64,000 bases of DNA from Isurus oxyrinchus. Lineage: Eukaryota. The notes under the pieces are model-generated. The model worked only from the letters and a program-made list of their open reading frames with translations. It was not told the origin of the DNA and did no database searches. The DNA lies in contig JANJGN010000121.1 of the NCBI GenBank assembly GCA_026770705.1, forward strand, positions 930,001-994,000. The letters run 5' to 3'. The translations under genes and the position numbers were made by a program. Shown here one piece after another: positions 25,605 to 38,075 of this stretch; within the stretch, counting starts at the first letter, position 1; every line of letters starts with the position of its first letter.

Positions 25605-26200
25605 TCTATCTCACGGATTAGAATATAAGGGGGCAGAGGTCATGCTTCAGTCTACATAAAGCCCTGGCTAGACCACACCTGGAGTCACTGTGAGACATTC
25701 TGGGCCCCACACCTTAGGAAGGATATATTGACCTTGGAGGGAGAGCAGTGTCAGTTTACCAGAATGAGACCGGGACTCCAAGGGTTAAATCACAAGGAGA
25801 GATTAAACACAAACTCGGCTTGTATTCCCTGGAAGTTAGAATGTTAAGCAGGAGATTTGATGAAACCTCGCATGATATTAAGGGGAACAGATTGGGGGCG
25901 ATAAAGAGAAACCATTTCCCCTGGTTGGGGGGAGTCTGGGACTCGGGGTCAGAGCCTAAAAAGGAATTAAATTAGGAAGTACAAAGGGTGGGAGAAATTT
26001 GGAACTCTCTTCCCCAAACAGGAACTGATGCACGATCAAGTTGTTCATTTTAAACCTGTGAGACTGATAGATTTTTGTTATCCAAAGGTATTAAAGGAGA
26101 TGGGACAAAGGCATATGGGGCTAGTTTGCAGATCAGCCATGATCTCATTGAATGGTGGAGCAGGCTCGAGGGGCCAAATGGCCTCCTCCTACCCTCATGT
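25605..26200 (+). mobile_element. CR1 LINE 3' fragment
   Basis: GLEYKGAEVMLQ...; ends in ggctcgaggggccaaatggcctcctcct tail. Confidence 0.8.
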
Positions 26201-26873
26201 AATAGAAACTTACCTGTCAGAAGCAGTTTATGTTGATGTGAGTCTGAGTCGATGACTGAACCCAGTTGGTAACTTGTTCCATACAAAGCAAGAACGTTCA
26301 TGCCCTTCAATGTTCCTGGATAAACCATTAACAAAGCTGGTGACAGACAGTCTCCACATGGTAAACACTGACCGATCAACACATGACATGGCTGTTAACC
26401 CCTAAACCTCAGCGTAAATCAGTTCCCCCTCGAGGCCCCTTGTCCAAAATAAAAGCAACGCACACAATTTGTAAAATAGTAAGTGTCTGGCAGGAAGGAG
26501 GAGCAATGAGAGGAGTAAGGGGTTAGGGGGCGTGCGCTTCACCTGATTTGCCGACATAAGAACCAGCCCCTCTGTTTTTGCTATGTTGTGTTGCGTCAAT
26601 ATGAACACATATTTGCACAAGGTGAAGGGCGTTGCGGAGGGACTGATAGTTCTCGGCGCCAGACAGTCAATGTCCCAGTGACCTTACTGCTGGTCCCAGG
26701 CCAGTGGGACAGGGAACATCGACACTGCAATATCCAGAAATGGGTGTGATACCACACAGCAACCCACCCCCGGCTGTCCCCTTCAAGTGTTTCAGGTATA
26801 AGAGCAGGAAGCTCCTCTAGTTACAAACCAAAGCATCAAAGCAGAGCCAGAAGATCAGAAGAGACAGGCAGAG

Positions 26874-26965
26874 ATGGGAAGCTCCCAGATGAAATGGCGA
26901 CTTGTCTTGTTCACTCTGACTTTGCTGCTCTCCCTGCAGCTGAGTCACTTCTTCTCCTTGTCGAG
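26874..26965 (+). other. Candidate signal-peptide exon of an unidentified secreted-protein gene
   Basis: TATAAGAG at ~26797, good Kozak context, MGSSQMKWRLVLFTLTLLLSLQLSHFFSLS, donor AG|gttaag. Confidence 0.45.
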
Positions 26966-27164
26966 GTTAAGCTAAGAGATGTCCCTCTGGGTGAGGTGTT
27001 TCTTGCACATGACTCTACGTCTACCACCCAGATAGACTGGTCTCTTCCGCAGTTTGATATTATTATGTTCGTGCCTTTAATATTGTCGCCCTCTATGAAT
27101 TTAACATCATTTCCTTCTGTCATTTCCCCTGAAATTCTCATTCTTGTTTTCAATCCCTCCTCAG

Positions 27165-28390
27165 CGACTCCCTATCTCTGTAACCTCCTCCAGCCCGTAC
27201 AAACCTCCCTATCTCTGTAAACTCATCCAGCCCCTACAACCCTCCCTATCTCTGTAACCTCCACCAGGCGTTACAACCCTCCCTATCTCTGTAACCTCCT
27301 CCAGCCCCTACACCCCTCCCTATCTCTGTAACCTCCTCCAGCCCCTACACCCCTCCCTATCTCTGTAACCTCCTCCAGCCCCTACAACCCTCCCTATCTC
27401 TGTAACCTCCTCCAGCCCCTACAACCCTCCTATCTCTGTAACATCCTCCAGCCCCTACAACAATCCCTATCTCTGTAACATCCTACAGTCTCTACACCCC
27501 TCCCTATCTCTGTAACCTCCTCCAGTCCCTATAACCCTCCCTATCTCTGTAACCTCCTCCAGACCCGACAATCCTCCCTATCTATGTAACCTCCTACAGT
27601 CCCCACAACACTCCCTATCTCTGTAACCTCCCCCAGGCCCCACAAGTCTCACGATCACTGTAACCTCCTCCAGACCCTACAACCCTCCCTATCTCTGTAA
27701 CCTGCTCCAGACCCTACAACCCTCCCTATCTCTGTAACCTGCTCCAGACCCTACAACCCTCCCTATCTCTGTAACCTGCTCCAGACCCTACAACCCTCCC
27801 TATCTCTTTAAAGTCCTCCAGGCCCCACAACCCTCACAATCACTGTAACCTCCTCCAGCCCCTTCAATCCTCCTGAACTCTATAACCTCCTCTCCACACT
27901 ATAACTCTCCCTATCTCTGTAACCTACTGTGGCCCCTACAGCAGTGTCTATTTTGGTAACCTCCTCCAGCCTCTACAACCCTCCCTACATCTGTAACCTC
28001 CTCCAGCCCCCACAACCACCCCATCTCTGTAACCTCCTACAGCCCCTACACACCTCCCTACCTCTGTAACCTCCTCCAGCCCCCACAACTCCCCCATCTC
28101 TGTAACCTCCTACAGCCTCTACAACCCTCCCTATCTCTGTAACTTCCTACAGCCCTTACAACCCTCCCTATCTCTGTAACCTCCTACAGCCTCTACAGCC
28201 CTCCCTATTTCTGTAACCTCCTCCAGCCCCTACAACCCTCCCTATCTCTGTAACCTCCTACAGCCTCTACAACCCTCCCTATCTCTGTAACTTCCTACAG
28301 CCCTTACAACCCTCCCTTTCTCTGTAACCTCCTACAGCCTCTACAGCCCTCCCTATCTCTGTAACCTCCTCCAGCCCCCACAACCCTACC
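27165..28390 (+). repeat. 37-bp minisatellite (CCTCCCTATCTCTGTAACCTCCTCCAGCCCCTACAAC)n
   Basis: Period 37 (e.g. 27361 and 27398); reverse copies at ~24280-24520. Confidence 0.95.
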
Positions 28391-28449
28391 TAAATCACTG
28401 GTCTGAGTCTCACTCCAGGGAATTCAGTCCCATAATGTAGATCAACGCT

Positions 28450-29010
28450 CCGTGCTGAGGGAGTGCTGCACTCTCAGAGGGTCAGTAGTGTGGAAGTGTT
28501 GCACTATTGGAGGGACAGTACTGAGGGAGTGCTATACTGTCGGAGGTCAGTACTGAGGGAGTGCTGCTGTGTCGAAAGGTTAGTACTGAATAAGAGCTGC
28601 ACTGACGGAGGGACAGTACTGAGGGAGCGCAGCACTATCGAAGGGTTAATACTAAGGGAGTGCTGCAGTGTCAAAGGGTTAGTACTGAGGGAGCACAACA
28701 ATGTTGAATGAGACATTAAACTGAGTCCCCCGTCTGCCCTCTCGGGCGGGTGTGAAAGATCCCACAGCCACTATTTGGAGGAAGAGCAGGGGGTGTTCTC
28801 CCCGGTGTCCTGGGACCAATATTTATCCCTCACCCAACATCACCAAAAACAGATGATCTCGGTCACAATCACATTGCTATTTGTGGGATCTTGCTGTGCA
28901 CAAATCAGCTGCCACATTTCCTACAGTGTGAGTGCACTTCAAAAACATCCTTCAGTGGCTGTGAAATGCTTTGGGATGTGGTGAAAGGCGTTAGAGAAAT
29001 GCAAGTCTGT
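28450..29010 (+). mobile_element. DeuSINE (SacSINE1-like) with an internally amplified 33-bp segment
   Basis: Diverged 33-bp units run directly into atgagacattaaac...gtctgccctctc...gatccc...gaagagcaggggg...aatatttatccctca...aaatgcaagtc (Deu core and tail). Confidence 0.8.
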
Positions 29011-30699
29011 CTTCCTCCCCCTCTCTCTCCTGTACCTCTCTCTCTCTCTCTCCCTCTCCCTCAATCCTCCTCTCACTTTCTCCCTGATAAATTCTTTCTT
29101 TTTGCAGGTTGACACTGCTTTAGGTTCTTCGACGATTGAGAAATCTGTGGATTCCCCGGACACGGTAGGTGGAAATTCATTCCTTATTTTAAGGTTTCTC
29201 CCTGCTCGTTTCTTCCACAGAAAGTTTTCTGATTTCAAGCTGATTTCAGTGGCAGTCTGTCTCGGTTATACTCAGGAGGCATGTTTGAAATCGAGCCCCC
29301 CCCCGCCAACTTTTTTTGCAAAGCTGGGAAGAGGCAATTCCAAGGAAGTGAACATATCCCCACAGGAATTTTAAATGTAACCCACGCCGGGAATAGTGAG
29401 AGGGAGACTGATCCAGCCTGGGAGTGGGTTAAAGAGAGGCTGGGAGTCGAGAGTCGGAGAGAGGGATGGAATGGGGGAGGGAGGGATTGGAAGAGAGAGA
29501 CAGAGAGTGGGACGGGGAGGGGTGAAAGGGAAAGAACATAGGTGGGAGAGAGTGACAGAGGGAGAAATTAAAGAAGAGATGCAGAGTGAGGGAAAGTGAA
29601 AAGGGAAGAGAGATTGTCCAAGAGAGAGAAATTAACAGGAAAGGGAGAGTTACAGAGTGAGCGAAAGTTACAAAAATAGTGTGAGAGAGAGGGAGAGATA
29701 CAGAGGGGGAGAAGGAGACAGGGGAGAGAGAGGGAGAGAGACAGGAAAAGGGAGAGAGGAGAGAAAGATTGGGAGAGAGGGCAATTGAGAGGAAGAGTAG
29801 GAGAGAGAGAGACAGGGAGAGGAGGAGTGGATGAGAGGAAGAGAGAGAGAGATATGGAGCAGGAGAACACCTCCTCCGGTCCCGATGTTCCTCCAAAATC
29901 TCTGACATTACTGCATCTCCCGGGTCCCCCTGATTCCCATCGCTCCACAATTGGCGGCCGTGCCTTCAGCTGCCTGGGGCCCTGAGCTCCGGAATACCCT
30001 CCCTTAACCTCTCTGCCTCTCTCTCTCTCTCCTTTAAGACGCTCCTTAAAAACTGACATCTTTGACCAAGCTTTTGGTCACCTAACCCTAATATCTCCAT
30101 ATGTGACTCAGTGTTAGACTTCTCTCTGATTTACGCTCCGGTAATGTGGGCTGGGACATTTTGCAATGTCAGAGGCGCTGTGTGAATGCAAGTTGTGAGT
30201 GTTATGTGGAAGGGAGACCCCAGGCGGCAGTCAGTGCCAGAGACTGGAGTCATTGTGTACAGACCATATCTAATCTCTCCGAATGCACAATCGATTTGAC
30301 TGTCAGCCAAAGCACTTTTGATATTTGATCCTTCTACCTGTTTATAACCAGGCCTACATCATACACCGAGAGGCTAGTTAATCAACAGACACCTTAGAGG
30401 ATCAAGTGAAAGACAAAGAGGACTTGCATTTCTCTAGCGCCTTCCAACACATCAGGACGTCCCAAAGTGTTTCGCAGACAATCAAGTGCTTTTTTCTTTC
30501 ATGTGAGGTCACTGATGTAATGTGGGAAAAGAATCAGCCATTGGCGCACAGTAAGATCCCACAGACAGCAGCATGATAATGACCAGCGCGCTCCCAGTAC
30601 TTGCACTGCAAGTGTCAGTTCAGGATGTGTACTCGATTCTCTGCGACTCTCATCTCCGAGTTAAAAGGACCACCAGGCGTAATTGAGGAATTACCGAGC

Positions 30700-31390
30700 T
30701 GTCGGAGGGTCAGTACTGAGGGAGTGCTGCACAGTCGGAGGGTCAGTACTGAGGGAGTGCTGCATTGTCAGAGGGTCAGTACTGAGGGAGTGCTGCACTG
30801 TCAGAGGGTCAGTACTGAGGGAGTGCTGCATTGTCAGAGGGTCAGTCTTGAGGGAGTGCTGCACAGTCGAAGGGTCAGTACCGGCGGGGGGATGCACAGT
30901 CGGAGGGTCAGTGCTGAGGGAGTGCAGCCTTGTCAGAGGGTCAGTTTTGAGGGAGTGTTGCACAGTCGGAGGGTCAGTACTGAGGGAGTGTTGCATTGTC
31001 AGAGGGTCAGTCTTGAGGGAGTGTTGCACTGTTGGAGGGTCAGTACTGAGGGTGTGCTACACTGTCAGAGGGTCAGTACTGAGGGAGTGCTGCACTGTTG
31101 GAGGGTCAGTACTGAGGGGGTGCTGCATTGTCAGAGTCAGTACTGAGGGAGTGCTGCACAGTCGGAGGGTCAGTACTGAGGGGGTGCTGCACTGTTGAAG
31201 GCGCTGTCTTTCAGATAAGACATTAAACTGGGGCAACCAATCTGCCCTCTCAGGTGGATGTAGAGGATTCCATGGCCACAATTTAGATGAAGTGCGTCAG
31301 GAGTTGGGGGGTATGTGTGGAGGGGGTGGTGGGGGGTGGATGGGGTGGAGTTATGTCCACTTTCCTGGGGCAAACATTTATCCCTCAACT
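30700..31390 (+). repeat. 33-bp array joined to a Deu-SINE core; further arrays at 32820-33300, 39645-39920, 49205-49795, 60708-60800 and 63600-63790
   Basis: gtgctgcactgttgaaggcgctgtctttcagataagacattaaac...tctgccctctcaggtggatgt follows the last unit. Confidence 0.85.
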
Positions 31391-34009
31391 GACATTGGTA
31401 AAACACTGAAAATGGTCACCATTACTGAGACTAGCTTCGCATTCCAGAAGTCACATCCAGTCGTGGACAATTAAACTGGAGGAGGAGGCTCCACAAATAT
31501 CCCCATCCTCAATGATGGAGGAGTCCAGCACGCCAGTGCAAAAGACAAGACTGAAGCATGCGCAACAAAATGTATCAATCAATTAAATTTATTGATTAAT
31601 CAAATCGAAATTCCTCCAGCTGCCGTGGTGGGATTTGAACCCGTGCCTTCAAAGCATTCACCTGGGCCTCTGGATCACTGGCCTAGTGCCATTCCCATTG
31701 TGCGACTGTCTGCTATCATCATGGCTCTTTCACATCGATGTGGAAGTCCTGATAACAGAAGCATTGGACGAGGTACAGAAAGGTGACAAATCAGGAGCTC
31801 CATTGCTCAATATGAACGGATAATAAAGATAAATGAACATAAACCTTCCAGTCGCTAATTAGGGAGTCACTGTGGAGCCCATGAGTCCCTCGCAGCGCTA
31901 TTGCAACCTTCTGGATCCCCAGTAGGGGACTCGGGGTGCAGCTGTGTCTTCCTCATCATTTGGAAAAGCCGGTATTGTTCGGGTGCCCCTTCAAACAGGC
32001 CGAAGATGCAGTGGGTGATGTCTCCCACAGGCCCTGGGAGACCTCCCCTGCCAATTTGTTTTGTAGCTTATTCTTCAACTGCGACATTGGATCAGCTTGA
32101 AAAAGGGTGAGGCTGAGGCAATACCACCAGGTAAGCGTCTATCCCCTCACACGTCACCCCCCCCCACCCCCGTAACCATCACAGTCCCTCCCATCGTGCT
32201 GGAGGAGCATAATGTGCACATTCCCCTCCTTCCAATCAGTCTCCTCCCTTCCTCTCTAATCCTTGATCTTATTGTGTTCGGGGTTGACATCCCAGTCCTC
32301 CTCCCTAGACTGTCTGATGTTGACATCCCAATGCCCCATGTAGACCTGACCTCTCTCCAACTAGAGGCCCATTGTACTGTGACTTACAGAGACCACCGGC
32401 CCCCCTCGATTCCCACCCCCACCCCTACTCTCTATATTACCTGCTCCCCATTGACCGGCTGCAGATGCCTCCCCTGACTGGGATTGTGCCACCTGCGGCC
32501 TAGTATCAAGCCACCCACCCCCAGGACCGACGTGTGTGAGGGACTGACCACGTCCTGCACACCATGCTGGGCATGACCAACCCAGGACTGCCAGACTGTC
32601 CCCACCACACTGGACTGGGACTAGAATAGGCGTGCCAAGCACAGCTCTCTAAATCGTGGCGCAGACCCACAGCACTCGCAATGTTTTGTGGCCCGAATCC
32701 TTGCTGAGGAACTGCCCAGCACTAAAAGCAAAAAAACTGCAGATGCTGGAAATCCAAAACAGAAACAGAAACAGAAATACCTGGAAAAACTCAGCAGGTC
32801 TGGCAGCATCGGCGGAGAAGTACTGAGGTAGTGCAGCACTGTCGGAGGTTCATTACTGAGGGAGTGCTGCACTGTCAGAGGGTCTGAGCTGAGGGAGTGC
32901 TGCACTGTCGGAGGCTCTGAGCTGAGGGAGTGCAGCACTGTTGGAGGGTTTGAACTGAGGGAGAGCTGCACTGTCGGAGGGTTTGAACTGAGGGAGTGCT
33001 GCACTGTCGGATGGTTTGAACTGAGAGAGTGCTGCACTGTCGGAGGTTCTGAACTGAGGGAGTGCTGCACTGTCTGAGGGTTTGAACTGAGGGAGTGCTG
33101 CACAGTCGGAGGGTCTGAACTGAGGGAGTGCTGCACTGTCGGAGGGTTTGAACTGAGGGAGTGCTGCACTGTCGGAGGGTTTGAACTGAGGGAGTGCTGC
33201 ATTGTCGGAGGGTCTGATCTGAAGGAGTGCTGCACTGTAGGAGGGTCTGAACTGAGGGAGTGCTGCGCTGTTGGAGGGTCAGTACTGAGGGAGTGCTGCG
33301 CTGTCTAAAGAACATTATACAAATTGCACAAAATTGCATGTGATGCCTGTGTCTCATGCTAACATGAAGTTCATGCACACAACAGGAATATTTCTCGCTG
33401 TTTCTCAGCAGCAAGACAGCTTTGATATCACACCAGCCACTGGCAAGAGTGTGCAGCTACAATGTGACATGTTTACATTGGAAATTTCTATTATAAAGAT
33501 GGACAGAGGAATTCATCTGATTGGAAAACGTGACAACATGAAGTAATGTCTTTGAGCCAAGAATTTTGCAGCAAAACAAGAATTTTAATCTTTAAATATC
33601 TACAGAACAGGCTGAGCATTTTAATCACTTGAGTTAATCAATGTAATTTTATTCATAAGCCAAATGCTTCTTACAATCTATCGCAGCATGAAAAAGGTGC
33701 AGCATTCAGAAAGCACATTCTAATCAGAGAACAGAGTTTAGCAACGTCACATTTCTGTTCATTCCTATTCGACCATGTTGGCTGCACACAGCCAGACAAT
33801 ACCGTGGTTATGTTGTGTCCACACAGCAGGACTGGGGAGCACCAGGTATAAGGAAAGGTTTCAGCTTGCTGAGGAGAAGAAGGAGAATCTCTCGTTCCAG
33901 GTTTCTCTCCGTACATTAAGAAGCAGGCATGCCGATGTTTCATTGCACTCTGTCTGCTGATGGGAGTCCGCTTGGAAATTGTTGTTTGTGCTGATGGAAA
34001 GAATAAGCT

Positions 34010-34610
34010 TTTCATAAATGGAGGGATTGAGAACAAACACAGGGAGGTTATGCTGAACATTTATAAAGCTCTGGTTAGGTCACAACTAGAGTATTGTGTC
34101 CAGTTCTGGTGTCCTCACTTTGGGAAGGAAGTGAGGGTCCTTGAGAGGGTGGGGAGGAGATTGAGCAGAATGGGTCCAGGGATGAGGGATTTTAGCTACA
34201 AGGTTGGGTTGGAGAAGCTGGGGTTGTTCTCCTTGGAGCAAAGGAGATTGAGGGGGGATCTGATCGAGGTGTACAATATGATGATGGGTTTAGATAAGGC
34301 AGACAAAGAGAAGCTGTTGCCATTAGCTGATGGTACAAGGACTGGGGGACACAGATTGAAGGATTTGGACAGGGGGTGATGTGAGGAGGAACTTTTTTAC
34401 ACAGCGAGTGGTAATGAGCTGGAACTCGCTGCCTACGAGGATGGTGGAAGCGGAGACGATGAACGATTTCAAAAGGAAATTGGATGGACACTTGAGGGGA
34501 AATAAACTTGAAGGGATACGGGGATAGAGCGGGGGAATGGGACTGACTGGATTGCTTTACAGAGAGACAGCAATGGAGTCGATAGTCCAAATGCCGTCCT
34601 TCTGTTCCAT
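34010..34610 (+). mobile_element. CR1 LINE 3' fragment in the gene C 3' region
   Basis: YKALVRSQLEYCVQFWCPH...LGLFSLEQRRLRGDLIEVY. Confidence 0.9.
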
Positions 34611-34635
34611 GATGAGATTGTTGCTGCACAAATCT

Positions 34636-34775
34636 TCAAACAGTCTGTCGACTTCCTTTCACTGTTTGTCTCTCCCAGACACAGACTCCAGCGATAGTGA
34701 TAACCACAGCCACAAGGAATATCACAGCTCGTATTCCCAGGATCAGGATCACGTGCAGAATCTCTCCTCCACTGT
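34636..34775 (-). CDS. Gene C: terminal TM + short-tail exon with intramembrane Arg (activating-receptor type)
   Basis: ttctctag|AC AGT GGA... phase 1: HSGGEILHVILILGIRAVIFLVAVVITIAGVCVWERQTVKGSRQTV*. A 3'UTR block homologous to that of gene A follows (~33670-33790 vs ~8015-8150). Confidence 0.8.
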
Positions 34776-36445
34776 CTAGAGAACACACAGAAAGAAATCA
34801 TCACTGACTCTCCGCTTTCAATCTCTCACTCTGGCTGAACAATCAAGCTTCATATCACTGCAACATTTGCTGTAATATTGACCCATCCACTGGGATTCAA
34901 TGTGGAATGAATGTTTTCATTGTAAACACTCTAAGAGTGGACAATCGGAACTTTCCCCTTAGCGTGGAACATTGGTGAGAATGGATCATTGTGCTGTTGG
35001 ACTCTCTGTCCAATGTTTCTCTCCATCGCTGTGTACAGGATTGTGCTGTAGAAAATTCTGGAAACGTTTAGTGCAGGGTGGAAATCCATCTCGGACGCGT
35101 GTGCGAATCGGGCAGGATCGAGATGGACTCCCCCATGGACTTACACCCCCCGCTTAATAAACAGTTCCAATCTTTACCCAGAGAGAGGGGAGAATGTGGA
35201 ACTCGCTCCCACAGGGAGTGGTTGAGGTGAACAGTATCGATGTATTTAAGGGGCAGGAGGGTCGGTAACCAGAGGGACACAGATTGACGAACCGGAGGGG
35301 GAGATGAGGAGAATTTGTTTTGACAGAGCGAGTTGTTGTGATCTGGAAGGTGCTGCCTGAAAGGGCAGTGGAAGCAGATTCAATAGGAACTTTCAAAAGG
35401 GAAATTGGATAAACACTTGAAGGAGGAAGATGGGGTAAAGTGGAGTGGTGGTTAGTGGATCTGATGGGATAGAACATTGAAAGACCTGGCACAGGCTCAA
35501 TGGGCTGAATGGCCTCCTCCTGTGCTGTATCATTCTCCGCTTCCATGATCTCTCCCCCAGTCAGTAACCACTCCAGATCCCTCTTGAAGGCAACAGAGCA
35601 ACAGCAACCACCACACCCACTGACAGCACATTCCCGAGGATCCCTACTCTCTGGGAAAAGATGAACTCCCCAACATCCAGCCTATTCCTGCTTCCCGGAG
35701 AGTGTAAACCCTTCAGGGAGGCACCGAGGAAGTTTTCAATAAAATGACATCAAATCCACCGTTTGAGAAATAATTGAATTCCGATGAACTCACAGCTTGT
35801 GTAGCAAACTGGGAAGTAGAGTTGCTGGGAAAGCTGGGAAACACAAGGATGAAGGGCTACAATGCCACCACTGGTGGGAGGCTGTAACTACAGCGTGACG
35901 TTTACATAGGCAGTCATCATTATAAACAGGGGCATTGGACATAATGGGAATTATGTGCACGGAAATAGTGAGAACATTATGTAAGCTTTTCACCAGCAGG
36001 AATTCTCTTCCTAAACCTCTCCAACTCTCTCTTACTCTCAGATACACAAAGAAAATCACACAGAATCAGATAAGGAAGAATTAGGTTGGTGATTCGTCAA
36101 AGGGTTAGGTTTCAGGAAGCTTCTTAAAGGGAGAGAGAGAGAGTTGGAGACGCAGAGAGTATCTGTGAGAGCCTCTATGCATCTGAGTGTCTGTAACAGT
36201 AATTTCCATATTCTTCCATAAATATGAATGGGAACACAAATCCCAGAATTCAGGCCAACTCTCCAGTGCAGTACTGAGGGAGGTCAGGTAACCCATGAGG
36301 GAGTGAGTGTTAGTGTTTGTGTGTGAGTGTGTCTTTGTGTGTGGTCATATATGTGTGTGTGCACGTGTCTATTTAGGTGTGTATGTTCGATGGTGTTTGT
36401 GTAGTGTTCAAATCTGAGAGAGATGTTGAAGTCTGTGTAACTCAC

Positions 36446-36598
36446 GTTCCACAGTGATGGTTATGAACCCATCCACTGCTCCATGTTCTTTCTCTGCCAC
36501 ACACTGATAGTCTCCAGTGTCCCTGGATGTAACGTGAGGAATCACCAACCACAGCTCATTGTTGGAACTTGTTCTGTTCATTTGGACATTCAGATGTC
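36446..36598 (-). pseudogene. Gene C: 3' half of a 282-bp C2 exon; the 5' half is replaced by unrelated DNA
   Basis: Matches the paralogous exon from ...HLNVQMNRT to TVE with an intact gtgagt donor; homology breaks at 36598. Confidence 0.85.
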
Positions 36599-36921
36599 AT
36601 GGCAGGAATCAAGAAGCCCGTTCACAGGATTACCAACAGAAAGTGAACCACAATTTATACTTAATGGGAAGAGAGTGCTGATTGGTTGGCAAGTGGTCTC
36701 TGATAGGTGGAGGTGTTGCCATGGAGAATGGTGTGTGCGAGATGTAAAGTTTAGACAGCTTGTCTCTTCATTCAGCAATAATCAAATAAAGATCAATTAA
36801 CTTCTATCGACTTTGAAGCACTTAGAGAGGCCTTAGAATGTGGATACTGAGAACGGGCTGCACTGTCAGAGGGTCTGCGCTGAGGGAGTGCTGATGTAGA
36901 ATGAAAGGTGTATGTACTTAC

Positions 36922-37218
36922 CTTGTACAGTTAGTACGAGGGTCCGCTCCGATGAAACAGATGGATATCTCACTCTGCAGCTGAGAGTGTGTCCATGGTG
37001 TTTGAGTGATGGGATCAGGGTCAGAACAGAAGTATAGGTCAGAGAGACACCATGCTGAGTTACAGTGTTTGAGACTGATCCAGGTACGTCAGTGGGAGTG
37101 TCCCAGGTTAAGACAGGTGCTGCTGTTCCATTGCACGTTGTGTTGAAGGTGCAGCTTACATCCACACGCTTTCCTGCAATAATTTCAGCAGGGAATATCG
37201 TGGGTTTATCTGTGAAAT
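36922..37218 (-). CDS. Gene C: Siglec domain-2 C2-set exon (open)
   Basis: ctgttag|AT TTC ACA GAT AAA CCC...GTA CAA G|gtaagt; 297 bp. DFTDKPTIFPAEIIAGKRVDVSCTFNTTCNGTAAPVLTW...LSCRVRYP, with the extra Cys typical of Siglec D2. Confidence 0.88.
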
Positions 37219-38075
37219 CTAACAGACAGAGAATGGATCCTTTTCGACAAATATAACGTGAAGCATCAGTTCAAATAGAAACCACAGTCCCACAAGAGAA
37301 AGCACTTTTACAAGGATGATATCAGAACTGAGAGGTTACAATGATCAGGAAAGATTTTCTTGCTCTTTGGCAGTAGTGTTTCTGTCTCTCAGCTTAATAC
37401 ACGTTCACTCCGAGACATGTGAATTGAGAACACTGGATGAGAGAAGAGGCTCAGACCAGAGATTGGAGTTAAAAGCAGAATACTGCGGATGCTGGAAATC
37501 TGAAACAAAAACAAAAATCGCTGGAAAGACTCAGCAGGTCTGACAGTATCAGTGGAGAGGAAGACAGGGTTAACGTTTTGAGTCCGTATGACTCTTCATC
37601 AGACCAGAGGTTTGAGTTCACTGGCTTCTCATTTCCTCAGTGATCTGGGTGATTTATCACCTTGTGGTTTGTTGGATCTTGCTGTGCACAAACTGCCTGC
37701 TGTGTTTTACATCTGTGACTACAATTCAGGAATAATTTCATTGGCTGTGAAGGGATTTGGATCCTCCTGAGGTGGTAAATTGCGCTGCAGAAATGCACAT
37801 CTTTCTTTTATCGATAAGTCAGACTTTTAAACAGGACAGGAGAGATTGATGGGTGTGGTAACCTGAGAATACAGTTAATGCTTTTCATCAGTGATACTAA
37901 AGTGAGTATTAGAGGTTGCTTTAGGACTGATCTGGAAGCCATCACCAGGTTATTGACAATCAGACAGTGTGTTATAATAAGCTGTGTTTTGTGTTAATAT
38001 GTAAATGTCACAGTTTGTGTTATTTCCATTGAGTGCTGAATGTGAATTGTTGAGTAATTATAACACAGCACTTAC

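Noticed and set aside
34972-35070. Cys-rich ORF (…LCTGLCCRKF) considered as a hepcidin mature-peptide exon
   Set aside because: It lacks the 8-Cys spacing, a furin site and a clear acceptor, and lies in a gene C intron.
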